From positions 81,098,001-81,162,000 of the forward strand of contig CM059432.1 in the NCBI GenBank assembly GCA_030390025.1: a stretch of DNA of 64,000 nucleotides. Reading direction: 5' to 3'. Source of the stretch: Squalus acanthias (taxonomy: Eukaryota). Position 1 is the stretch's first letter. Each line of letters opens with the position of its first letter. Below the pieces are notes generated by a model that saw only the letters and a list, made by a program, of their open reading frames with translations, was not told the origin of the DNA and did not search any database. This document shows, in pieces, positions 1 to 11,159 of the stretch. A program made the position numbers and the translations under genes.

Positions 1-19
1 CCCTCTCCCCACTGTCCAG

Positions 20-1053
20 GTGGAAGAGCCTGAGCCAGAAGACTCCTCAGAGGAAGCTGCAACCTCTGAGGGCGCAGCGTCAGCAGAATTCAGTGCACCC
101 AGCACCAGCGCAGATACTCACACCTTGGTGAGACCTTTGGGAGATAGAGTAGTGTTGTCACCTGGTGTATCACAGCTCACAAGTGAGCATCAGCAGATGG
201 TGGAGACAGGGACAGCAGTGGAGAGTCCTCGTCGGAGGCCGCAGTGCGCTCCCAGCTCGGCTCAGCTGCATGTCGACCCTGTGCCTCCGGGTCCATCCAG
301 AAGGAGGGCGGTGCTGGAACTCCAGGAACAGGTGCAGGAGTCTCTGGCAGGTTTTGTCTCCAGGGTCACTGCGAGTGTGAGAGGATGGAGGAGTCCATCG
401 CTAACATGAGCAGAGCCTTTGTGGAGGCATTGGCGCATGAACGCATCACCATGGAAAGGATGGCAACCTCTGTGGAAAGGATGGCTACAGTGGAGGAGAG
501 GATGGCTATGGCTATGGAGGAGCTAAGTCGCCAGAGTGTTGAAAACATGGTGATTGTTCAGAATAGACTGACATCTCTGGAGGAGCGATGGGCAGCTATT
601 GAGCAGAGAAACCAGAGCTTCATGGAAGTCCTCTGGAGTAGAACTGCCAGTGCAGATATGAGTCCTCATGGTCCCCTTGAAGTGTAGCAAGGTGCTGTTA
701 AGTCACTTGCTAGCTCTGAAGTGTGGCTGACCCATGAGAGGGATGTTGGTGGCAGACAACAAGGAAGTGGGGGCTCCTCTCCAAGCGCTCACACTCCCAT
801 GCCACTGCAGAGCCCTCGGTCAGAGCCCCACCAGAGTCCTCACCCAACTGAGATGGGTGTCTCATCCCCTGCACAGCCGCAGGAGCAGCAGACTGTTGCC
901 GAGCCCGCACAGGCTCGCAACCCCAGAGGACGCCTGCCATAGGTGTCGAGGCAGGAGCAGCATATAAATGAGCAAGGGGCCTCCACATCTGCTGAAGCCA
1001 CAGGGGAAGCACCACGTAGGAGCATGCGTAAGAGGAAGATAAAGCACAAGTAG
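20..1053 (+). pseudogene. Last exon of Harbinger accessory (Myb/SANT-type ORF2) gene, frameshifted
   Basis: Pyrimidine tract and AG acceptor at 18-19; acidic region then coiled-coil (MERMATSVERMAT); basic C-terminus RRSMRKRKIKHK* at 1053; AATAAA at 1120; convergent with the transposase. The Myb domain itself is outside the window. Confidence 0.7.
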
Positions 1054-1311
1054 TCACAAGGGTAGTCACTTGGATGTTCTGTTGTGTTTAATTGTTAAGT
1101 GCCATCCTTTAGTCTATGTAATAAAATGAAGTGACGGCAAACTGTTGAAGTTCTGGGCTGTGTCATTTCGCTAATGAAAGTTCCACATTGAGGGCTCAGG
1201 GCGACTTGGATTTGTCATCATGGTGGTCAGAGTGATAGGAAGCCACAGGTTCTTGTCCATTGTCTATGGTGTGGTAAGAAGATGTGAGCCAAATGTGTTT
1301 GATTGCGCAAC

Positions 1312-2523
1312 CTAAGCAAATCTGTCCAAGATGAGTGCATCCCTTGCATCCCGGGCAGCAATTTGCTCGCGTCCTGCTGCTACTGGTTGATGCGCCTCGC
1401 ACAAGGTCTTCGTTCTCGCTCTTCTCCTCATCCTCATCCTCATCTGAGGAGGCTATGCGCTGAGCCACTTGTCCCTCCGGCAGCTGCAAGCCACGATGCT
1501 GTGCGAGGTTGTGAAGTGCACAGCAGACCACGACGATTCTGGAGACCCTGGCTGCTGAGTACTGCAGGGCTCCACCTGATCTATCAAGGCATCTGAATCG
1601 CATCTTCAGCAAGACGATGGTTTGCTCGATAATGGATCTGGTCAAAATGTGGCTGGAGTTGTAGCGCTCCTCAGCTTCGTTGGATGGGCTCCTCAACGGC
1701 GTCATTAGCCACGTCTTCAGGGGATAGCCCTTGTCTCCAAGTAGCCATCTGCAAAGTTGGTTTGGCGGTCTGAAGAGCGGAGGCACACTAGACTGGCGCA
1801 GGATGAAGGAGTCATGGCAACTGCCAGGGCACTCGGCGCAAACATGCAAAATTTCCTTCTTGTGGTTACACACCAGCTGCATGTTGAGGGAGTGGAAGCC
1901 CTTGCGGTTGACAAAAAGAGCTGGATTGTGATGGGGTGCCAGTCTACGACGCCCTGCACCCTTGGAAAGCCTGCCATATTTGCAAATCCAACTGCATGCA
2001 TGGTTACACTTGCTTGATCCTTGGAGAAGTTTATGTAATTGTGCGCCTTGGCAAAGAGGGCATCAGTAACCTGCGTGATGCAAGTGTGTGCGGCCGACTG
2101 GGAGATGCCGCTGATGTCTGCTGTTGATCCCTGGAATGAGCCTGAAGTAAAATAGTTGAGTGCGGTGGTGACTTTTACGGCCACTGGTAAGGAGTGTCCA
2201 CCCGCTCCTCTGGGCTCCAGGTATTTGTGCAGCATTGCGCAGATGTCACCCACTACCTCTTGCGAAAGTCTGAGCCTCCTTTGGCACTGCTGCTCAGTCA
2301 TGTTGAGGTAGCTCATCCTCTGTCTGTAAACCCTGTTTTGGGGGTATCTCCTGCGGCGACGTGCTTCCATGCGCTGGCGCCTTCTGGCCTGTGCAGCTTC
2401 AGGTTGGTGCTCCTGTTGTTGCTCCTGCTGTTGGTGCTCCTGTTGTTCCGGGTTCTGCTGCTGCCGCGGCTGGTCTTCGTCCGAATCTGAGGTCCAGGAG
2501 GAAAGGAAATAAATGGTTCCCAT
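1312..2523 (-). pseudogene. Harbinger (HARBI1-like) DDE transposase, apparently intronless, at least 2 frameshifts
   Basis: ORFs 1717-2523 and 1196-1882 give [64 protein letters not shown]-terminus [12 protein letters not shown] at 1312. Confidence 0.92.
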
Positions 2524-3116
2524 GCTGCTAGTATATACCTCAGTTGAGGAAGCGCTCAGTTAGTGTGGGGAGAGGGTTTTCCCAGGAGGTCACAGTGGAG
2601 ATGGATCTCAGCTTCACCACTTCCAAAATCAGTAGACCTGCAAAAAGTTCTCCAAGACCTGAAAAAGCAAAGTTCTGCCACCTGCAACTGATCCTTGTTG
2701 AAAACTCCGTTTTTATGGTGGAGCTGCAGCTGTTAGGAAGCCAGCCACTTGTCAACCCGACAAGATTAGCTGGCGTGTTTCAGGAGAAACGTGCAGCACA
2801 CTGGAAATGTGGCAAAATTTGAAAGGCCTCTCAAAATGGGATTATAGAGGTCATTAAGTAGCAGTTAAGTGCCTTAAGGGCCTATCCCGCCGCTTGGAGG
2901 CGGGACCAAAATGGAGTCTGCAAGCCCGCCTTTGGGAAAGTTGCAGGTCGACGGCGGGATCGGAACCCACCGTCATTTTTACAAATTTCCCACCTGACCT
3001 GCCTTCAAACCCGCCTCCTTGGGGCTGGCAAAATCCAGCCCTTAATGTTCATCTCATGCTTCTCAAGCAGCTAAATTGGCGTGTAAATGGCGAAACTGGT
3101 GAATATTTTGTTCAAT

Positions 3117-3235
3117 AGCAAAATACTGCGGATGCTGGAAATCTGAAATAACAACAGAAAATGCTGGAAACACTCAGCAGGCTAGGCAGCATCCGTGGAG
3201 AGAGAGACAGAGTTAACGTTTCAGGTCGATGACCC
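3117..3235 (-). mobile_element. Penelope-like terminal repeat fragment with 3' half of a hammerhead
   Basis: Minus strand GGTCATCGACCTGAAACGTTAAC...GATGCTGCC...CTGCTGAG...TCCAGCATTTTCTG resembles 56868-56990 of the Penelope copy. Confidence 0.6.
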
Positions 3236-3653
3236 AATATTTTGTTAATCCGTTTGCTGATTGTGAAAGCTTAAATGGCTTAAGAAAGAGGCCCATTTTA
3301 TAAACTAAGGGGGCAATTTTTGCTGAATACTTTAGCTGGTAAAGAGCCTCCGAGGTGGCCAAGATGGGGTCTTACGCTGCAACGCCGGATTAGCCCACGT
3401 TTAGCGCAAGACTCCATCTTTGTAAAGGAGTTGAAGCCAGCCCCAGAAACGGCCGCCTGGATACTCGTTAAATAACTGATTATGACTTAAAATGCCTGCT
3501 AGCGCTCATAAAAGAGGCTGCATGGCATTTTGCTGGCTAGTGCTTCAACTTGAGGTTGAATCTATCTGATTTAGCACAGTGGTAGTGCCCCACAACAGGG
3601 GGTGTCCTCAGTGTGACGACCGTACTTCATCTCCACAAGGACTGTGTACTTGA

Positions 3654-3968
3654 GGTACGGTGGCATAGTGGACTAATAACCCAGAGGCCTGGACTAATAA
3701 TCTGGAGGCATGAGTTCAAATCCCATCACTGCAGCTGGGGAATTTAAATTCAGTTAATTAAATAAATCTGGAATAAAAAGATATATCAGTAATGGTGACT
3801 ATGAAACTACTGGATTGTTGTAAAAACCCATCTGGTTCACTAATGTCCTTTAGGGAAGAAAATCTGCCATCCTTACCTGGTCTGGCCTATATGTGACTCC
3901 TTTCTTTTTTCTTTCTTATATGTGACTCCAGACCCACAGCAATGTGGTTGACACTTAACTGCCCTCTG
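3654..3968 (+). mobile_element. tRNA-derived Pol III head plus Deu-domain body (SacSINE1/DeuSINE-like module) forming the 5' end of the following LINE
   Basis: A box TGGCATAGTGG 3661-3671, B box GTTCAAATC 3714-3722, then Deu-like core GGTCTGGCCTATATGTGACTCCAGACCCACAGCAATGTGGTTGAC. Confidence 0.8.
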
Positions 3969-6524
3969 GTACTCAGTTGTACCAATCCGCGACAGAAAAC
4001 AATAATAAGAATAAAACTGGATAGACAACCGACAGCGACCTCGGCTTCGGACACGGCAAAGGAACACCCAGCTCAATCGACCCTGCAAAGTCCACCTCAC
4101 TAACATCTGGGGACTTGTGCCAAAATTGGGAGAGCTGTCCCCCAGACTTGTCAAGCAACAGCCTGACATAGTCATACTCACAGAATCATACCTTTCAGCC
4201 AATGTCCCAGACTCCTCCATCAACACCGGCAGGACAGACCCACCAGAGGAGGTGGCACAGTGGTATACAGTCAGGAGGGAGTGGCCCTGGGATTTCTCAA
4301 CATTGATTCCAGACCCCATGAAGTCTTAAGGCTTCAGGTCAAGCACGGGCAAGGAAACCTCCTCCTGATTACAACCTACTGCCCTCCCTCAGCTGAAGAA
4401 TCAGTACTCCTCCATGTTGAACATCACTTGGAAGAAGCACTGAGAGTAGCAAGGGCACCGAATGTACTCTGGGTGGGGGACTTCAATGTCTATCACCAAG
4501 AGTGGCTCAGTAGCATCACTATTGGCCGAGTCCTGAAGGACATAACTGCCAGTCTGGGCCTGCAGCAGGTGGTGAGAGAACCTAACACGAAGGAAAAATC
4601 TACTTGACCTCATCCTCACCAACCTACCTGTCGCAGATGCATCTGTCCAAGACAGTATTGGTAGCAGTGACCACCGCACAGTCCTTGTGGAGGCGAAGTC
4701 CCGTCTTCACATTGAAGACGCCCTCCATCGTGTGTGGCACAACCACTGTGCTAAATGGGATAGATTCAGAACAGATCTAGCAGCTCAAAACTGGGCATCC
4801 ATGAGGCGCTGTGGGCCATCAGCAGCAGCAGAATTGTACTGCACCACAATCTGTAACCTCATGGCCCGGCATATCGCTCACTCTACCATTACTATCAAGC
4901 CAGTGGACCAACCAGTGTGGAAGAGCATGCCAGGAGCAGCACCAGGCGTACCTAAAAATGAGGTGCCAACCTGGGGATGATGCAACACAGGACTACATGC
5001 ATGCTAAATAGCAGAAGCAGCATGCTATAGACAGGGCTAAGCGATTCCACAACCAATGGATCAGATCAAAGCTCTACAGTCCTGACACATCCAGTCATGA
5101 ATGGTGGTGGACAATTAAACAACTAACGGGAGGAGGAGGCTCCAGGAATATCCCCATCCTCAGTGACGATGGAGCCCAGCATGCGAGTGCAAAAGACAAG
5201 GCTGAAGCATTTGTAATCATCTTCAACCAGAAGTGCTGAGTCAATGATCCATATTGGCCTCCTCCTGAGGTCCCCACCATCACAGAAGCCAGTCTTCAAC
5301 CAATTCAATTCTCTCCATGTGATATCAAGAAATGCTGAGTGCACTGGATGCAGCAAAGGCTATGGGCCCCAACAACATCTCGGCTATCGTGCTGAAGACT
5401 TGTGCTCCAGAACTAGCCGCGTGTCTAGCCAAGCTGTTCCAGTACAGCTACAACACTGGCATCTACCCGACAATGTGGAAAACTGCCCAGGTATGTCTTG
5501 TCAACGAGAAGCAGGACAAATCCAATTCGGCCAATTACCGCCCCATCAGTCGACTCTCAATCATCAGCAAAGTGATGGAAGGTGTCGTCGACAGTGCTAT
5601 CAAGTGTCACTTACTCACCAATAACCTGCTCATCGATGCTCAGTTTGGGTTCTGCCAGGACCACTCAGCTCCAGATCTCATTACAGCCTTGGTTCAAAAT
5701 TCCAGAGGTGAGGAATGAGTGACTGCTCTTGGCATCAAGGCAGCATTTGACTGAGTGTGGCATCAAGGAACCCTATTAAAATTGAAGTCAATGGGAATCG
5801 GGGAAAACTCGTCACTGGCTGAAGTCATACCTAGCACAAAGGAATTTGGCTGAGGTTGTTGGAGGCCAATCATCACAGGCCCAGGACATCACTGCAGGAG
5901 TTCCTCATGGCAATTTCCTAGGCCTTCCCTCCATCATAAGGTCAGAAGTGGGGATGTTGACTGATGATTGCACAGTGTTCAGTTCCATTCACAACTCCTC
6001 AAATAATGAAGCAGTCCATGCCCACATGCAGCAAGACCTCGACAACATTCAGGCTTGGGCTGCTAAGTGGCAAGTAACATTCGCGCCACACAAGTGCTAG
6101 GTAATTACTATCTCCAACAAGGGAGAGTCTAACCACCGCCCCTTGGCATTCAATGGTATTACCATTGCCGAATCCCCCACCATCAACATCCTGGGGGGTC
6201 ACCATTGACAGAAACTTAACTGGACCAGCCATATAAATACTGTGGCTGCAAGAGCAGGTCAGATGCTGGGTATTCTGCGGCGAGTGTCTCACCTCCTGAC
6301 TCCCCAAAGCCTTTCCACCATCTACAAAGCACAAGTCAGAATACTCTCCACTTACCTGGATGAGTGCAGCTCCAACAACACTCAAGAAGCTCGACACCAT
6401 CCAGGACAAAGCAGCCCGCTTGATTGGCACCCCATCCACCACCTTAAACATTCACTCCCTCCACCACCGGCGCATCGTGGCTGCAGTGTGTACCATCTAC
6501 AAGATGCACTGCAGCAACTCGCCA

Positions 6525-7474
6525 GTATTTATTAATGACTTAGATGATGGCATAGAAAGTCATATATCCAAATTTGCCAATGACACAAAGATAGGTGGCA
6601 TTGTAGTCAGTGTAAATGAAAGCATAAAATTACAAAGGGGTATCGACAGATAAAGTGAATGGGCAAAACTGTGGCAAATGGATTTCAATGTAGGCAAATG
6701 CGAGGTCATCCACTTTGGACCTGAAAAGGATAGAACAGGGTAGTTCCTAAATGGTGAAACGCTAAAAACAGTGGAGGTCCAAAGATCATTAAAATGTCAT
6801 GAACAGATACAGAAAGTAATTAAAAAGGCAAATAGAATGCTGGCCTTTATATCTAGAGGACTAGAATACAAGGGGGTAGAAGTTATGCTGCAGCTGTACA
6901 AAGCCCTGGTTAGACCACACCTGGAGTACTGTGAGCAGTTCTGGGCACCACACCTTAGGAAGGATATATTGGCCTTGGAGGGAGTGCAGCATAGATCTAC
7001 CAGAATGATACCCAGACTTCAAGGGTTAAGTTACAAGGATAGATTACACCAATTAGGCTTATATTCCCTAGAATTTAGAAGGTTAAGGGGTGATCTCATC
7101 GAAGTTTTCAAGATATTAAGGGGAACAAAAGGGTAGATAGAGAGAAACTATTTCCGCTGGTTGGGGATTCTAGGATTAGGGGGCATAGTCTACAAATAAA
7201 ACAAGCTAGACCTTTCAGGCGTGAAATTAGGAAACATTTCGACACACAAAGGGTGGTAGAAGTTTGGAACTCTCTTCCGCAAACGGCAATTGATGCTAGA
7301 TCAATTGTTAATTTTAAATCGGAGATTGATAGCTTTTTGTTAACTAAACTTATTAAGGGATATGGACCAAAGGCAGGTATATGGAGTTAGGTCGCAGATC
7401 AGCCATGATCTCATTGAATGGCAGAACAGGCTCGAGGGGCTGAATGGCCTACTCCTGTTCCTATGTTCCTATGT
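6525..7474 (+). mobile_element. 5'-truncated CR1 LINE nested in LINE copy 1
   Basis: INDLDDG..SKFANDTK, LVRPHLEYC, (ATGTTCCT)n tail; TSD TCGCCA at 6519-6524 and 7475-7480. Confidence 0.92.
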
Positions 7475-8099
7475 TCGCCAAGGCTTCTTCGATAGCACCT
7501 CCCAAACCTGCGACCTCTACCACCTAGAAGGACAAGGGCAACAGATGCATGGGAATAACATCACCTCCAAGTTTCCCTCCAAGTCACACACCATCCTGAC
7601 TTGGAAATATATCGCCATTCCTTGATCCTGGAACTTTGTCCCTGACAGCACTATGGGAGTAACTTCACCTTACGGATTGCAGCAGTTCAAGAAGGTGGCT
7701 CACCACCATCTTCTCAAGGGCAATTAGGGATGGGCAATAAATGCTGGCCTTGCCAGCGACGCCCACATCCCAGGAACGAATAAATAAAAAAGAACTAATG
7801 CGTTCTCATAACAGTGAGCAGCTGTTTGGGAGTAAACAGGACGTTGATGTCAATTTCAAGCTCTACTTTAAGGGATACTCACCATTCATGTTCATTGCTG
7901 TTGGAGCTGTGAAGAGGACCTCTGAAACACATCGGGAGACTTTCGGCGACACTTTGTCAAGACTTCGCTAACACTCGAGCAACAACTTTTATGGAAATTC
8001 TCTGAGGACTTCACCTAAAAAGAGTGAATGCTGTGCTACTCTACCTTATTGGACACCTGATAGGAGTCACCAGAAGAAAGGGAGCGCTTGGTCATGGGC

Positions 8100-8330
8100 A
8101 TCTTGGTAGGGTCCCCTTGGTCTGGACAATCAATGGGAGGAGGACATGAGGCCAGGCAGAGCAGCACCAGCTGCTGCATAAGAGAGGGACAGGAGGGCGA
8201 GGTGGACTCCTTCCCCCCTGCAGGTACAGGTCAGCCCTTCTTCTCTGGACCTCCTCCACCAAGACCTCCAGTACAGCATCTGAGAACCTGTGCGCCCTCC
8301 CTGAGCCATCCTGAAACCTGCTTCTGTGTG
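8100..8330 (-). pseudogene. Myb/SANT-like DNA-binding domain remnant of Harbinger ORF2
   Basis: RAHRFSDAVLEVLVEEVQRRRADLY, lying inside the 3309-8715 TIR element. Confidence 0.7.
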
Positions 8331-9039
8331 CCAGCCAGCACACTTCACACTTTCAATGGAAGTGGGTGGATGGAGCCTACATATACTCCTCATAAATTGC
8401 TTCTAATCTGCGCTTGAATGCAGGAATGACTTGTTTGCTCCCTATCAGCTGGTTGCTGTTAGGAAAGGGCGTTAGGTCAAACGCTAGCCACCAAAATGCC
8501 ATGCAGCCTCCTTAATGAGTGCTAGCAAGCAATTTAAGTGACAACCAGCCCCTTAGTGATCATCCGGGCTGCCGTTCCTAGCGCAAGATTCAACTCCTTT
8601 ACCAAGATGGCATCTTGTGCTAAATGTGGGCTAAACTAGCATTTTAGCTCAAGACCCCATCTTGGCCACCTTGGAGGCTCTTTAGTGCCTGAAGGAGCCG
8701 TTGAAAATCGCTCCCTATATGTCATATGGAATTGTTGACTACCCTGTTTATTTTATGAAAAGATACAACTTGCAAATGACAAAATTTGAAAGTGAGTTAT
8801 GTGGATCTTATTGAGTGGAATAATTGTATTAACTTGTGTGGTATTCTATCTAAATGTGTTGTAGTTTTATGTTATTTTATTAAAACGTTAAAATAAGCTA
8901 AGCTTTTAGTAATGGAATTGTGGTCAGATATGGTCGTCTCTGTTGTGCAATGCAGAGCCAGGATTGCTGTTAATTATGTCAATGGCGGTCTCCTTTGTTG
9001 GTGTGAGCACATGCATCAAGGAAGGATCTCCTCTTGACA

Positions 9040-9932
9040 TTGTACTCTCCTCCCTATTGCAAGTTGTCTTTCAAGAATTGTGGAGGTAGGTTAGTGTGAG
9101 CCCTGTTAAAGGGTTTTTAAGATGTATGAGGCAGCTTAGCATAGTGTATATGATGAGAGGAAGAAGCAGTAGGTGTGGGGAAGAGGGGGAAGTAGTTGTG
9201 AGAACAGCAAGTCGTGAGTGTGCAAGTGCATACAGAAGTAGATGCAGTGAAGTGTCCTGCTGTGATTGCAGAAGTGGCATGGGAAGCTGCGGAGGGATGT
9301 ATTGGTAGGGACTAAAATAGGGTGGTGCAGGACTGTACAGAGAGTAAGAGGGATGTGAAAAGGAGTCTAACCTTGGCAGTTCTGGTAAGGTCATTAAATT
9401 TCTTCCTGCACTGCTGCCAGGTCCTGGGAACAATGCTTCTGGCATTTACATGTTCTGTCACCTCTTCTCATTGCTGCTAGGAAAATTGCCTGCGCACGCA
9501 TCAACCATCACTGGGGAATACAACCTCTTTTCTGCTGCTCACTTGCTTTATGAGCACCTCCACCATGCCATCTGAAAACCTGAGATCCCTGGCTGCAGTC
9601 ATCAGCAGAATGTGAAAAATGAGTTCTAGTATCCAGCATATGAAAATTACACCTTTCCTTAAAGAGATGCAGGCTGCTTTTAAATGGAAACATCCCCACC
9701 AGATTTTCCACCTACCCAATCAGTGAGCTGACTATAGGGAGTGCGAATAACGCTGGAAATTCACCCTGAATATAATGAGGAACACACATGAAAATGAAAC
9801 ACACCTCCCATTGACTTCATCAGGTAGGCAGAGTGGACAGCTCGCGTACCCCCTGCCCGTGTACGCAAAAGATAAGAAACAATGCCATTATATCTACACT
9901 GCAGGCACATGTACAGTGCCCAGTTTTGCCCC
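9040..9932 (-). mobile_element. Old Harbinger remnant with Myb/SANT-like fragment
   Basis: RDLRFSDGMVEVLIKQVSSRKEVVFP (ORF 9501-9719) resembles the 8100-8330 remnant; terminus-like TTTTGCCCC at 9932. Confidence 0.55.
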
Positions 9933-11159
9933 ATAAGGCACTAATGAAATATTTATTGTTCTGAAATTGCAACTATGATTTAAAACACTCACTAGGTTTA
10001 CAGAGCGTTGCCTTAGGCCTACAGCTATTTTGTGTTGCAATAATATCATGCCAGAGTGTATTAAGCAGTTTCTTAAGTAAATTCTAATGTTGCTTCTAGC
10101 AATAGAAATGCATTTTAAAGAAGAAATTCATGACTAATCATAATACTGGAGGCTGCATTGTGTATACAATGTATGCAAGGCATTGGAAAATGTGAAATTA
10201 AACCTATATGTCAGGCTGATGAAATGTTTAAGATCAGGGAAAAGGAGCGGATGCCTGAATGTTAATCCGGGCCTGCATTTGTGCATTCTGAACTCCTCGA
10301 TTCTAGATTAAGAAAATTCCCAAACAGATTTTGAAATCTGAATAGGAGTATAAATTCATATTTTACTTTCAAAATGATAAATGGAACGTGATCAATTCAA
10401 AAACATTTAAATCTTCTGAATATATTAAAGAAAATACTTTATTTCATGCATAATGCTGCAGTAGTTATTGATAATTTTAATAAAATATATGTTATGTCAT
10501 TATTTTGGACAATTGGGTGGTGTGTGAGTAATGAATATTGATCCATTATATCTTCTGTTAATTGGGTGTCGATATTTATATGAATATCAACAGCAACAAA
10601 CTGAATACATTTAATGCTTTTAGTGACAGAATTAATTATCTCCCGATGGCTGCTGTGTTTTGTAGTAGTCTCACTTGGCCCTTATGCATGAATAACTTTG
10701 ACTGAGAGAGATGATAGAAAAATACATAGTAATTCTGCTGTGCATGCAAAAGGAAATATTTGTAAGATTCATAAATGAGCAATCCTGTAAAATATGTAAG
10801 AAATATTAGGGCATATTTTTCTGGGTTTAGTGTCTAAATAGTTTCTAAAATATGAGTATTATGCACAGGTAAATCGGGCACTAATCTTTTGCCATTTCTG
10901 CACCTAAATAGCACTGCGCCTGAATTTCCTGTATGGCTTTTAGGTGACTGATGAGCCCTCATCAGGCAATGTAAATTACATGCAAATGAATGTCAGGTGC
11001 CTTTGCGCATACATTTCCTGTAATAGCGCTGGGTGCAGTTCAGGGGCAGACTGCTTCCAGAAAAAAAAACTGCTGCTACTGTTTCCAGAGCTTCTGTTTA
11101 GGTTTTAAGAAACAGGCTGTTCTTTAGAGTTCTGTTTTGAGACCTCTTCTGTTCACTGC

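Larger units (their letters stand above)
1..3041. mobile_element. PIF/Harbinger DNA transposon, right part (left end outside window), two convergent decayed genes
   Basis: HARBI1-like DDE transposase on - strand, accessory-gene exon on + strand, terminus ...GGCAAAATCCAGCCC ending at 3041 followed by TTA (Harbinger-type TWA target). Confidence 0.9.
3654..7790 (+). mobile_element. SINE-headed non-LTR retrotransposon (APE endonuclease + RT, CR1/L2-group), copy 1, decayed
   Basis: EN motifs TNIWGLVPKLGEL, ILTESYL, WVGDFN, SDH; RT motifs NYRPIS, QFGF, TDD (FADD in copy 3); 3' tail CAAGGGCAATTAGGGATGGGCAATAAATGCTGGCC...GAATAAATAAAAAA. Confidence 0.88.
3309..8715. mobile_element. Non-autonomous Harbinger derivative with ~230-bp imperfect TIRs, interrupted by nested LINEs
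   Basis: 3309-3541 is the reverse complement of 8483-8715 (e.g. GGTGGCCAAGATGGGGTCTT / AAGACCCCATCTTGGCCACC); flanks TAA/TAT; internal Myb-like remnant. Confidence 0.85.

Noticed and set aside
1312..2523. Domesticated host gene HARBI1
   Set aside because: Frameshifted, flanked by a TIR and paired with an accessory gene, so it is a transposon copy
3654..3730. tRNA gene
   Set aside because: A and B boxes are present, but there is no cloverleaf or acceptor stem and it continues into a SINE body
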